A stretch of 64,000 bases of DNA, taken from assembly GCA_964016885.1 (NCBI GenBank), contig OZ024741.1:341992001-342056000 (forward strand). The letters run 5' to 3'. Positions 1-13,294 of the stretch are shown in pieces. Within the stretch, counting starts at the first letter, position 1; each line of letters starts with the position of its first letter. The notes beneath the pieces were generated by a model. That model was not told where the DNA came from and ran no database searches. It saw only the letters and a list, made by a program, of their open reading frames with translations. This DNA comes from Eledone cirrhosa. Taxonomy: Eukaryota. The position numbers were made by a program, and so were the translations under genes.

Positions 1-3000
1 TTGTGTTCATATCACCAACACTATCACCTTACAGGGTAGACTGGGAACATTGTGGTCGTATCACCAACACTATCACCTTACATGGTAGACTGGGAACATT
101 GTGGCATATCACCAACAATATCACCTTACAGGGTAGACTGGGAACATTGTGGCCATATCACCAACACTATCACCTTACATGGTAGACTGCGAACATTGTG
201 GCCATATCACCAACACTATCACCTTACAGGGTAGACTGGGAACATTGTGGTCATATCACCAACAATATCACCTTACAGGGTAGACTGGGAACATAAGGGT
301 CATATCACCAACACTATCACCTTACAGAGTAGACTGGGAACATTGTGGTCATATCACCAACACTATCACCTTACAGTGTAGACTGGGAACATTGTGGTCA
401 TATCACCAACACTATCACCTTACAGAGTAGACTGGGAACATTGTGGTCATATCACCAACACTATCACCTTACAGAGTAGACTGGGAACATTGTGGTCATA
501 TCACCAACACTATCACCTTACAGAGTAGACTGGGAACATTGTGGTCATATCACCAACACTATCACCTTACTGGGTAGACTGGGAACATTGTGTTCATATC
601 ACCAACACTATCACCTTACAGGGTAGACTGGGAACATTGTGCTCATATCACCAATACTATTAGTTTACAGGGTACACTGGGAACATTGTGGTCATATCAC
701 CAACACTATCACCTTACAGGGTAGACTGGGAACATTGTGGTCATATCACCAACACTATCACCTTACAGAGTAGACTGGGAACATTTTGGTCATATCACCA
801 ACACTATTAGTTTACAGGGTACACTGGAAACATTGTGGTCATATCACCATCACTATCACCTTACAGGGTAGACTGGGAACATTGTGGTCATATCACCAAC
901 ACTATTAGTTTACAGGGCAGACTGGGAACATTGTGGTCATATCACCAACACTATCACCTTACAGGGTAGACTGGGAACATTGTGGTCATATCACCAACAC
1001 TATCAGCTTACAGGGTAGACTGGGAACATTGTGTTCATATCACCAACACTATCACCTTACAGGGTAGACTGGGAACATTGTCGTCATATCACCAACACTA
1101 TCACCTTACAGGGTAGACTGGGAACATAAGGGTCACATCACCAATTCTATCAACTTACAGGGTAGACTGGGAACATTGTGGCATATCACCAACGCTATCA
1201 CCTTACAGGGTAGACTGGGAACATTGTGTTCATATCACCAACACTATCACCTTACAGGGTAGACTGGGAACATTGTGGTCGTATCACCAACACTATCACC
1301 TTACATGGTAGACTGGGAACATTGTGGCATATCACCAACAATATCACCTTACAGGGTAGACTGGGAACATTGTGGCCATATCAACAACACTATCACCTTA
1401 CAGGGTAGACTGGGAACATTGTGGTCATATCACCAACAATATCACCTTACAGGGTAGACTGGGAACATAAGGGTCATATCACCAACACTATCACCTTACA
1501 GAGTAGACTGGGAACATTGTGGTCATATCACCAACACTATCACCTTACAGTGTAGACTGGGAACATTGTGGTCATATCACCAACACTATCACCTTACAGA
1601 GTAGACTGGGAACATTGTGGTCATATCACCAACACTATCACCTTACAGAGTAGACTGGGAACATTGTGGTCATATCACCAACACTATCACCTTACAGAGT
1701 AGACTGGGAACATTGTGGTCATATCACCAACACTATCACCTTACTGGGTAGACTGGGAACATTGTGTTCATATCACCAACACTATCACCTTACAGGGTAG
1801 ACTGGGAACATTGTGCTCATATCACCAATACTATTAGTTTACAGGGTACACTGGGAACATTGTGGTCATATCACCAACACTATCACCTTACAGGGTAGAC
1901 TGGGAACATTGTGGTCATATCACCAACACTATCACCTTACAGAGTAGACTGGGAACATTTTGGTCATATCACCAACACTATTAGTTTACAGGGTACACTG
2001 GAAACATTGTGGTCATATCACCATCACTATCACCTTACAGGGTAGACTGGGAACATTGTGGTCATATCACCAACACTATTAGTTTACAGGGTAGACTGGG
2101 AACATTGTGGTCATATCACCAACACTATCACCTTACAGGGTAGACTGGGAACATTGTGGTCATATCACCAACACTATCAGCTTACAGGGTAGACTGGGAA
2201 CATTGTGTTCATATCACCAACACTATCACCTTACAGGGTAGACTGGGAACATTGTCGTCATATCACCAACACTATCACCTTACAGGGTAGACTGGGAACA
2301 TAAGGGTCACATCACCAATTCTATCAACTTACAGGGTAGACTGGGAACATTGTGGTCATATCACCAACACTATCACCTTACAGGGTAGACTGGGAACATT
2401 GTGGTCATATCACCAACACTATCACCTTACAGGATAGACTGGGAACATTGTGGTTATATCACCAACAATATCACCTTACAGGGTAGACTGGGAACATAAG
2501 GGTCATATCACCAACACTATCACCTTACAGAGTAGACTGGGAACATTGTGTTCATATCACCTACACTATCACCTTACAGGGTAGACTGGGATCATTGTGG
2601 TCATATCACCAACACTATCACCTTACAGAGTAGACTGGGAACATTGTGGTCATATCACCAACACTATCACCTTACAGTGTAGACTGGGAACATTGTGGTC
2701 ATATCACCAACACTATCACCTTACAGAGTAGACTGGGAACATTGTGGTCATATCACCAACACTATCACCTTACAGAGTAGACTGGGAACATTGTGGTCAT
2801 ATCACCAACACTATCACCTTACAGAGTAGACTGGGAACATTGTGGTCATATCACCAACACTATCACCTTACTGGGTAGACTGGGAACATTGTGTTCATAT
2901 CACCAACACTATCACCTTACAGGGTAGACTGGGAACATTGTGCTCATATCACCAATACTATTAGTTTACAGGGTACACTGGGAACATTGTGGTCATATCA

Positions 3001-4217
3001 CCAACACTATCACCTTACAGGGTAGACTGGGAACATTGTGGTCATATCACCAACACTATCACCTTACAGAGTAGACTGGGAACATTGTGGTCATATCACC
3101 AACACTATTAGTTTACAGGGTACACTGGAAACATTGTGGTCATATCACCATCACTATCACCTTACAGGGTAGACTGGGAACATTGTGGTCATATCACCAT
3201 CACTATTAGTTTACAGGGTAGACTGGGAACATTGTGGTCATATCACCAACACTATCAGCTTACAGGGTAGACTGGGAACATTGTGTTCATATCACCAACA
3301 CTATCACCTTACAGGGTAGACTGGGAACATTGTCGTCATATCACCAACACTATCACCTTACAGGGTAGACTGGGAACATAAGGGTCACATCAACAATTCT
3401 ATCAACTTACAGGGTAGACTGGGAAAATTGTGGTCATATCACCAACACTATCACCTTACAGGGTAGACTGGGAACATTGTGGTCATATCACCAACACTAT
3501 CACCTTACAGGATAGACTGGGAACATTGTGGTTATATCACCAACACTATCACCTTACGTTGTAGACTGGGAACATTGTGGTCATATCACCAACACTATCA
3601 CCTTACAGGGTAGACTGGGAACATTGTCGTCATATCACCAACACTATCACCTTACAGGATAGACTGGGAACATTGTGGTTATATCACCAACACTATCACC
3701 TTACGTTGTAGACTGGGAACATTGTGGTCATATCACCAACACTATCACCTTACAGGGTAGACTGGGAACATTGTGGTCATATCACCAACACTATCACCTT
3801 ACAGGCTAGACTGGAAACATAAGGGTCATATCACCAACTCTATCACCTTACATGGTAGACTGGGATTATAAGGTTCATATCACCAACACTATCACCTTAC
3901 AGGTTAGACTGGGAACATTGTGGTCATATCACCAACACTATCATTTTACAGGGTAGACTGGGAACATTGTGGTCATATCACCAATGCTATCACCTTACAG
4001 GGTAGACTGGGAACATAAGGGTCATATCACCAACACTATCACCTTACAGGGTAGACTGGGAACATAAGGGTCATATTACCAACACTACCACCTTACAGGT
4101 TAGACTGGGAATATAAGGGTCATATCACCAAAACTATCACCTTACAGGGTAGACTGGGAACATAACGGTCATATCACCAACACTAATACCTTATAGGGTG
4201 GACTGGGTACATTGTAG
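1..4217. repeat. Satellite array, 49-bp unit (CATATCACCAACACTATCACCTTACAGGGTAGACTGGGAACATTGTGGT), about 86 copies, running off the left edge
   Basis: Direct tandem periodicity with highly similar units; divergence rises toward 4217 and continues as degenerate units to ~4365. Confidence 0.98.
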
Positions 4218-4762
4218 TCATGCCACCAACACTACTGCTAATAGAGTGGACTGCCTGCTTTTCACCAGCACTACTACTAACAAGGTGGACTGGGTGCATT
4301 TTTTTGTCTTGGCACAAGCACTACCCACCGACAGAGGGTGTGGGTGATTTTTATTGCAGCACCATGTATGTGTGTGTGAGGAATGCTCAGCCACATGCAT
4401 GTTAATTTAACAAACAGGCTGTTCCATTGTTGGTACCTTCATCATTGTAACAGATGGAACTTCAACATAACAATTCCTCATAAACCTCCCTTTCAGCCCC
4501 ACATAGATGAACTTGAAAGAGAAAAGGATGACCCCAGTAGACAACTGGTACTTTATCAACTGTGGAATGATAAAAGGGGCAGAAGGTGGAAAAGTGGGAT
4601 ATTAAACATAGTGAGACAGGCACGTGATGGCAACATAAAATAAGAAGTATAGAGAAAGAGAGAGGATTAAAATAATGGATATTAGAAAGAGAGATAAAAG
4701 AGAGAATGAAAGAGAGGGATATAAAAGAGAGAGAGGTGATGGAAATATATATATATATACAG

Positions 4763-4808
<46 letters not shown>

Positions 4809-5295
4809 GGGGGAGACAGTGAGGGAGAGAGAGAAAGAATGTGCATGTGTATGTAAATGTGAAATAGAGGATTATTACAGAGGGTGAGGGAGAGTGAGTG
4901 TGTATGTGAGAGAGAGAGAGAGTGTGTGTGAGTGTGTATGTATGTATGAGCGAGAGAAAGAGAGAAACAAGGGCTATTACAGAGAGGGAGAGAAATTATT
5001 TTCCCCACAAGCAATCAAGCCAAGATAAATTCTGTAAAATAACTAAAGATTTCTTCAAGAGAATCCAGTATCCAATAATATTTTTAATTTGATTCCTCTA
5101 TTTGTAACCAATATCCATTGAACTTATTGATATTGCCAACTTTTATTGATTCCAATGTTTTCAGGTTCTAGAATATTCCTTCAGTTGCCATCACAATAAT
5201 TTTAATACAATTTTCTGCTTGAGGATGGCATTCAGGTTATGTTTCGAAAATAGAATAAAGTTCTTTTCTTTTTTTGTTTAGTGTGTATATGTGTG

Positions 5296-5347
<52 letters not shown>

Positions 5348-5349
<2 letters not shown>

Positions 5350-5428
5350 GGGTGTCCCCAAAAAGTATATACACACTTCAACAGCATTCTAATCAAAGTG
5401 GGTATATATTTGGGGGGGGGGTACATCC
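5348..5428. mobile_element. Degraded Tc1/mariner-type MITE, same family as 46357-46457
   Basis: AGGGTGTCCCCAAAAAGTATA...CAACAGCATTCTAATCAA matches the copy at 46357. Confidence 0.6.
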
Positions 5429-5647
5429 TATATATATATATAGTAATAAGAATATTTATATTTATATATGTTTAATATAATTATAAATATGGGGGGTAGT
5501 ACTAAGTACTAGCTGGTACTGAATGACTAGGATTTTAGTCACATGTTTTGACATTCCCTATGCTCCAATGAATCCAGACTTCCCTCTGGAAGAAACAATT
5601 GTCAGCAAATAAATGTTCTAAACTAAAATTTGAACGTTTTAACACTT

Positions 5648-5860
<213 letters not shown>

Positions 5861-5987
5861 TATATATATATATACATATATACATACATATATAAGCCTT
5901 GCCCAATTACACCTCTCAAAGGCAATGACACAGGACCAAGATCTCTGACGTTACACAGTAATACAGAAGATCCAATGACCCATGAGC

Positions 5988-6237
5988 ACAGGCCCCATCT
6001 ATCTATCATCAGTTCCCCAACATGAAAAAATACTTGACTGGGAACCAGTATCACAGTGATGATGACATCATATCTACTGTTGATGGCTGACTTTTTTAAC
6101 CAACAGGATGAAAGCTTCTTCACCAATGGGATCCAAGCACTGCAACACTGTTGGAAGAAGTGTGTAGACTGCAAGAGGGACTATGTTGAAAAATATACCT
6201 CGTTTGGTCACATTCCATGAGAGTATCTCAGTCAACC
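5988..6237 (+). pseudogene. Mariner transposase 3' fragment with partial right TIR
   Basis: Broken translation [21 protein letters not shown]...[32 protein letters not shown]; matches the 3' part of the element at 54012-55684. Confidence 0.85.
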
Positions 6238-6293
<56 letters not shown>

Positions 6294-6305
6294 ATATATA
6301 TATAC

Positions 6306-6342
<37 letters not shown>

Positions 6343-6517
6343 TATATATTTGTTTGTGTAGATAACAAAAGTAAGATTGCTTAGCAAATATTTTTCTTTA
6401 GCAAATATTTTTAAAATATGTATATATATATTTTATATTGGATATGAATTGAAGTTGTAACAGTCATTTAGCAGGTACTAATTGAGTTGTTTGAGGCTAT
6501 ATATATATATAAATATA

Positions 6518-6985
6518 CTAGCAGTGGTACCCGGCGTTGCACGGGATAATGTATTTTGGAACGCGGGCCGCCAACAGACCTAATCAAGGAAAAACTGCAT
6601 GCCTTGACAATATGTAAAGAAAATAAACTGAATAATCTTTAAGATTTTCCTCGATGAAGCAGGAAAAATACAGGTTTTCACCTAATGTGGGCCCTAGGGG
6701 ATCAAGAAAAGGAATTTTTTTTATGTGCATAATATGCCTTGAAATTTCAGGAAAATCGGCTAGACGTAACGCCTCAAAAAAGCCCTAAAAAGCTGAAAAA
6801 ATGATGTTTTTCACCTAATGCGGGTCTTAGGGGATCAAAAAGTTGAATTGTTTATGTGCATAACACTCCCTGACACATAAGTAATACAAATGTAAAGTTC
6901 GAAAAAAATTGGTTGGGTACTTCTTGAGTTTTAGGGATTCAAACACACACACACACACAGACATCCTCAATTTTATATATATAGA
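6518..6985 (-). mobile_element. Non-autonomous Helitron
   Basis: Minus strand starts TCTATATATATAAAATTGAGGATGT and ends with hairpin CCCGTGCAACGCCGGG then CTAG; inserted between A and T. Confidence 0.85.
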
Positions 6986-6990
6986 TATAT

Positions 6991-7325
6991 ATTAGAAAAT
7001 GAGGTGTTTTTTCAAAATGAAAAAAACCGAGATGTCCTACACCAGTGAAAGTATAAGGAAAAAAGATGAATCAAAATGCAAATGGAGTCTTTTTAAGAAT
7101 ATTTATTTGGTTTCTTTACCGGTTTTGCAATTCTTATGCTTTTCAAAAGTAGAATTGAGCTGAAGGGTTTGTGGTTTATCTCTCATCTGATGCGAGAAAA
7201 ACCACAAACCCTCCAGCTCAATTCTACTTTTAAAAAGCATAAGAACTGCAAAACCGGTAAAGGAACCAAATAAATATTCTTAAAAAGACTCCAGTTGCAT
7301 TTTCGATTTCATCTTTTTTCCCTAT
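6991..7325. mobile_element. Foldback (palindromic) copy of a Penelope-like 3' terminus
   Basis: Imperfect inverted arms of ~135 bp (7052-7325) centred near 7188; arms match 34720-34938. Confidence 0.7.
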
Positions 7326-7334
7326 ATATATATA

Positions 7335-8768
7335 TCATCATCATCTTTTAAAGTCCATGTTCCACGCTTGCATGGGTTTGGACGGGAGTTTTCCCACTTG
7401 AGGCAAGAGTGGTTGTCTTGCTCGCATAGGACTGTCTGGCGGGTTTTCTACAGCTGGATGCCCTTCCTAACACCAACCACATTTACAGTGTGGGGCTGGG
7501 AGGTTTTTACCGTGTTGCCTACACGGCCACATTACAGCGTGGACTGTCTGGCGAGTTTTCTACAGCTGGATGCCCTTCCTAACACCAACCACATTTACAG
7601 TGTGGGACTGGGAGGTTTTTACCATGTTGCCTACACGGCCACATTACAGCGTGGACTGTGTGTTTTTTTGTCGTGACACCTACACGATCTCATTTGTTTC
7701 GGCCTGGATGTTGTGGCACCAGCATAACTTTACATTGAAAGGGGCGGTGTGGATGGGGTGGGACGGGGGGGGGGGGGGGGGGGGGGTTTTAGAGATTCCT
7801 ACTGACTGTAGTAGGTTTTACTTTGTATTTCAGGTAAGGCGGGTCTTCTCTATTACTGAGTACCGCCAAAGATCTCGGTCCAGTGACATTGTCTTGGAGA
7901 GGTGTAAGTGTGAGGTCGGAATTTATCAGGTCGTCCCAGGTTTTTCTGGGTCTGCCTACTCCGTGGCTACCATCTATCTTTATTGCCCTGCACTTTTTTA
8001 TACAGCTGTCATCTTTCATGCGCATCACGTGACCATACCAACGTAGCCTTCTCTCGACTAAACAACATCTGATCCCTCTTATTTCTAATTTTTCCCTTAG
8101 TTCGTTTATGCTTTGCCGTTCGCGTATATTACTATTACACATCCAGCGGAGCATGCAAGCTTCGTTCCTCTCTAGTCTGCGTATATCCTCTGCACACAAT
8201 GCCCAGGTCTCACTGCCATGCAACATTGCTGTTCGTATGCAGGCATCATACAGCCTGCCTTTCATTTTTAGGGAGAACCCTTTAGCGGCTAATAGTGGTA
8301 TAAGCTCTCTGAACTTTTTCCATCCAGTTCTGACTCTAGCTACTGTACTTTCAGAGCACCAACCCCCACTGCTGATTTTGTCACCCAGGTAACGGAAGCT
8401 GTCCACTATTTCTATAGAACCCTCTGCGCAATTGAAAGAGCTAGTATTTTGTGGGCACTTGCTGCTACTTATTGCACCAGAGCACCGGCCACATGTAAAA
8501 TCTATGTTCTTAGTTAGCTTACCTGTAATCCCACTACATCTTTTATGCACCCATACTTTGCATTTGGGACATAAAATGGAGTTTCTACTTACGCCTTTCC
8601 TACACACTGAGCATGGCCATTTCCCGGAAGGGACCGGCGCCTTATTTTCTTTCCTACAAACTAGAACTTTAGTCTTAGCCAGGTTAATTTTAAGGCCTTT
8701 TGATTCTAGGCCGTGCTTCCATGTTTGGAATTTCTTCTCTAGCTCGGCCATTGATTCAGCTATGAGCG
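7335..8768 (-). mobile_element. RTE-A LINE copy 1, 5'-truncated
   Basis: ORF 7789-8751 nearly identical to the C-terminus of the 22062-25181 ORF (PHD finger, [13 protein letters not shown]); 2-bp deletion near the end; 3' UTR with ~112-bp tandem duplication; (TGA)n tail. Confidence 0.95.
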
Positions 8769-9454
8769 TATATATATATATTACTCAGTGTAAGAGAGTC
8801 AGGTGTGATCTGAGGGATATTTGGCTGCTTTTCCTAGCAGGTCAAAAGACTATATAGAAGACCTTTCGTTGACGAGTTGCTGTTTTGCCTCATGTCAATC
8901 CTGATGGAGTAAAGTTAGGATTAAAGACATTCCAGTTGTGACCATCCTACCTTTTTATTCAATGTGTTCCTTCCATTATTTATTATGTACGTGTTATGAC
9001 TTGCATTTTGTAGCAGAGTTCATTGGAATGATCCTCCAATGTTTTTTTATATTGAAATGTAATGTTATATAGTCGAATCAAAGTCTCTCCTCACGTAGAA
9101 GTGTATATATGTCATCATCATTTAATGTCTGTTTTCCCTATTAGCAAGAATTCAATAAGTAATCACAGAGCAGTCAGTACTCAAGTGGAACCACTGATCT
9201 CCACAGGTTGGGGACTTGATAAATGATCCTGTGCTTTACTAAGTGCATATTATTCTGGAAATTTTCATGGAAATTTTCATGTCTTTGACACAACTGAAGA
9301 GTCTTCCATACATTTTGTCTGGTAGGTTTTCTGCAGCTGGATGCCTTTTCTATCCCCAAACACTTTACAGGGTGTACTGGGTGTGTTTATCATGTAGATC
9401 ATAGCATTACTCAGTAATACAGAAGACACACCTTCCCATGCACACAGACTCAAA

Positions 9455-9812
9455 CATACACCTAGTAGGCACCTCTTAACCACTATACCCCCACCCAACC
9501 ACTCCTGTCCACACCACCCTTACAATGTGAACAAAATATATCCAGCCCACACTGTAAAGTGTTCATGTAGGTGTCACGACAAAAAGCACCCAGCCCATAC
9601 TGTAAAGTGGTCTTGTAGGAATCATGGCAAAAAGCACCCAGCACACACTGTAATGTGGTTGGCATTAGGAGGGGCATCCAGCCGTAGAAACCTAGCCAGA
9701 AACAGTCCTATATTAGTAAGACACGATCACCTGACCCAACTTACCTCAAATGAGACGACCTGTCTAACCCATGCTAGTGTGGAAAATGTACATTAAACGA
9801 TAATGATGATGA
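9455..9812 (+). mobile_element. Non-coding retroelement 3' module: ~46-48-bp subrepeats, GGCATCCAGCCGTAGAAA motif and RTE tail
   Basis: AAAAAGCACCCAGC...CTGTAAAGTGG repeats ending ACCCATGCTAGTGTGGAAAATG...ATGATGATGA; homologous to the RTE-A 3' UTR and 47620-48052. Confidence 0.75.
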
Positions 9813-9851
9813 TATATATATATTACTTTAGCAACCACATTATGTCACATC

Positions 9852-10040
9852 GGTGGATTGGCAGTATCGGTAGAGGGTCGGACGCCATGCTTTGACGCAT
9901 AGAGTTACGGCCCTTGCCATTCTGAGTTCAAATCGCGCCGAGGTTAACTTTGCCTTTCATCCTTACGGGGTCGATAAAAATAAAGTACCAGTAATGTACT
10001 GGGTAATTTCTGGCCTTGTGCCAATAGTAGAAACAATTAT
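9852..10040 (+). mobile_element. tRNA-derived SINE, family M (Meta-like central domain)
   Basis: A-box-like TGGCAGTATCGG, B-box GAGTTCAAATC, core GCCTTTCATCCTTACGGGGTCGATAAA, tail GAAACAATTAT; more than 12 copies in the window. Confidence 0.85.
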
Positions 10041-10144
10041 GTCACATAGGAATACCTTGAGATCATTTTGGAGCAGCTGATCATATAGGTAATGTCTTAA
10101 ACAATTATCTGGTCTAATCAATAATTTTGTACACATTTTGGAAG

Positions 10145-10770
10145 TTAAACTCTTTCATGACCATATTTCTTTAGAAACACAATTGCCTATACATTTCCAA
10201 TTCATTTTGAAAACAAATAAAGAATTTAGAAGAATTTAATAAAATAAATTCTTCATCATTATGCTGTTTGTTTGGAATGCAACTTAACAAAAGATTTCTT
10301 GCTTAGAATTATAGTGAAAAATTTTTAATTTGAATATGCACTCTTTAAAACAGGAAGTTTTGTATGATAGAACTAGAGGCTGTCTCAGACAGGTTGGTAT
10401 TAGAAAGGTTAAGCATTCCATTATCTCTTTTGTTCAATAAATATTTTGTAGCTATTCTCGTCTTTTAGATTTGAAAAGCAAAACTCGCGTGCTATTATTT
10501 AACAGTAATGACCCCAAGAAAGGCTATACTTCCAGTCAATATTTGGCATTGTTCATAACCCTTTCTTTACCATATTTCTCATGAATTTGGGAGGATTTTG
10601 TAATATAACTAACTTTCTTATCAATAAGTGTTTGGAATATAACTTAACAAAGATTGTTACATAAAATTTTGATAGAAGGTTTTTAGATAAATATAAACAC
10701 TTTAAAGCAAACAGTTGTGTATGATAGAACCAGAGGTGGTTTCAGGCAGTTTGGTATCAAAAGAGATTTA
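10145..10770 (+). mobile_element. Two adjacent TTAA-flanked piggyBac-like MITEs (10145-10412, ~10556-10770)
   Basis: TTAA-(A)CTCTTT...AAAGG-TTAA ends; related copies at 13740-14140, 48063-48316 and ~55900-56134. Superfamily is inferred from TTAA only. Confidence 0.55.
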
Positions 10771-11134
10771 TGAATATCTTAGAGAGTATGATACAAAACA
10801 TATTCATTCCATATATTACTAAGGTCATGAATAAAACATCTATCAAAAGGTCTTCACAATCACAGGTTCAGACTTTCACCTGCTGAGGCCCTAAGCTATA
10901 TGGAATTTGAAGCCCTTCTCCAAAAACATTTGGGTAAAAAAATTGAAAATAATTATACATATTTATTATTTTCCATTAGCATTAATATAAAAAATAATAA
11001 TAATGATTTTTGATGTTTTGGTGTTAAAGAGTAACAAAGTAATAATAAAATAAAAATACATTTTAATAAATCAGACCCCAAAGGTGTGTGGTCTTAAGCT
11101 ATAGCTTATAGGTAAGTCATCATAGAGCTCAATG

Positions 11135-11290
11135 ATCGCATGCAACATTGATGTGACCACTTTGCTGAACTACTCAGCCATGCAAGTCCTCCATCAGCTC
11201 TTCCTGCCTTCCATGAATTGTCGACACCATATGACTGCCTCACTCCTTCCCCAACTACTGAGGAGGGCCGAGATGTAGAGAATAATAAGT
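11135..11290 (+). pseudogene. Very old LINE ORF2 fragment (EN-RT linker)
   Basis: QH*CDHFAELLSHASPP...SPTTEEGRDV resembles the RW.EHF.ELLN...PT.EEV linker. Confidence 0.35.
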
Positions 11291-11516
11291 CACTACACTG
11301 GAATATCCAACCTTTTTATGAATGAAACCTCCACATCTGATTGCAAATTAAGTAAGGAACATATTTCAGTGTTGTCGTGGGTGATCACACACAATAAGCA
11401 TCATTTAATGTAAGTAGTAGTGCAGAGGTCAGCACGTCTGGGTGTTTTGAAAGATATAATGCACTAATTACTAATGTATTGTTACCATTCCAAGAAATTG
11501 TAGTTCAACATATATA

Positions 11517-11685
11517 CTGTATTTCCCGGCGTCGAAGACGCTACTTTTTTCCTAAAATAAATTTCAAAAATCTACCATGGGTCCTGGAAGTCAAAGGTTG
11601 TTTATTATTTCTTTTTCAAATTTTTGGTTGTCAAAATTAGGGTACATCCTTGAGGACGAAGCGTCTTCGGTGCCAGGAAATACAG
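11517..11685. mobile_element. pogo/Tc2-like MITE
   Basis: TIRs CTGTATTTCCCGGC...GAAGACGCT and AGCGTCTTC...GCCAGGAAATACAG, with TA on both sides. Confidence 0.8.
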
Positions 11686-12388
11686 TATATTTGACTTCTG
11701 TAGTATATAACTATCAGGATAATGTCCTTGATTCTGTGTAAGTTTGTGTCCGTGAAGCATATACATATACACCAGGTCCAAACACAGAGGAACCAAACTC
11801 TCATTGTTACAGCCTCTCCCGCTCTCCCCATCTCTCACTGTTATGAGCAAATGGGAGTCTACGTGCTAGCCGTCTTTCAGCCCTAGCAAAGAGAATAGAG
11901 AAGGCAGATGGTGAGGGAGATGCGCTGGAAGAGCCCTTCCAGCTCGCAATGTTCACACTGCTGGTAACAAACTCTGTGCCAATGGTAGTGAGTAGGGAGG
12001 TGGTGATAGGGCCAAGGACACCAGAAGTCTGATGATGAAGTGAAGTTGTTGTTAATTTCAAACAACACAACCACTCACCCAGGTATCACTAATTTGTCAG
12101 AAGTTGCATGGTTTTCCATTCAACTTCTTTTCAATGTTACCTCCATTCACTGAATCAGGGTTTTAACTGTATCCTGCAGGACATTATACGAATGAAGATA
12201 TTCAGAAGTTCTAGTGGTGATAGAAGACAATCTTATGGAAGACAAACAAGAACAAAGAATTCTCCATAATGTCAAGAACTACAGCCTCAACTCTGCAATA
12301 TTTAATTCACTGGCTTTATGGAAAGCACTAAAGACAACCACATAGTCTTCTTTCTTCTATAGTCCCTTTCACTCCTCTGTGTGTGTGT

Positions 12389-12464
<76 letters not shown>

Positions 12465-12579
12465 ATACCTGTGTATTTCTATATGTGTGTACATGTGCAT
12501 GTTGTGTTTGTATATGTGTGTGTACATGTGCATGTTTCTACATATGTGCGTGAGTGTGTTTGTGTGTGTGGGAGATTAA

Positions 12580-12748
12580 TATGGATGATGACCGTTGGGT
12601 AAAGAAATACCAAGAAACCCAAGGGGAAGGTAGCTGCAGTAGAGGAAAACCTAAGAAAATCTGGGCACAGGAAGTATCAAGTCCGTGGTGCCAAGAAAGG
12701 GGACACCACAAATTACGCATGGAAGGAAGCACATATATATATATATAT

Positions 12749-12805
<57 letters not shown>

Positions 12806-12890
12806 AATATATATATATATAAATATATATATATATGAGTCCCACCCTTGCAAGCAGGGAAAAGCGGACGTAAAATGATGATGATGATGA
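12580..12890 (+). mobile_element. RTE-C 3' fragment split by a microsatellite
   Basis: MDDDRWVKKYQE...RGKPKKIWAQ, then tail GTCCCACCCTTGCAAGCAGGGAAAAGCGGACGTAAAATGATG; matches 28147-28720. Confidence 0.8.
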
Positions 12891-13061
12891 TATACACACA
12901 CACACACAAATATATATATATACAGATACACACACACATATATATAATCACGCACACACACATATATATATACACACACTCACATATATATATATATACA
13001 CACACATATATACACACACGCAAACATACATATATACACACACACACATATACACACACAC

Positions 13062-13096
<35 letters not shown>

Positions 13097-13294
13097 TATA
13101 TATATGAACATTAACTGATACAATTGGCCAGATACATATGTTCCAATGGCATCAATTCATCTGTCGGGCCATGCGCATGTGTGAGTGTGTGTGTGTATGG
13201 ATGTATGTGTATGTGTGTGTGTGTGCATAATAGATGTTTGAAATTAATGTATTATTTACAAGTCTAAGTCTAAAGTCTGTCTTAAACCAGAAAG

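Noticed and set aside
1-4217. Regular short repeat array resembling CRISPR, with short ORFs
   Set aside because: No unique spacers, no cas genes and a eukaryotic context; the 49-bp unit is not a multiple of three and contains stops.
5158-5240. Plus-strand acceptor-like sites (TTTTCAG at 5164, also TTTCTGCAG at 47344)
   Set aside because: Such motifs are frequent by chance; no recognisable coding exon follows.
7325-7335. PLE family 2 remnant directly followed by an RTE-A tail both here and at 34938-34944, suggesting a composite element
   Set aside because: Junction positions and RTE-A subfamilies differ; independent insertion into flanking TA tracts is simpler.
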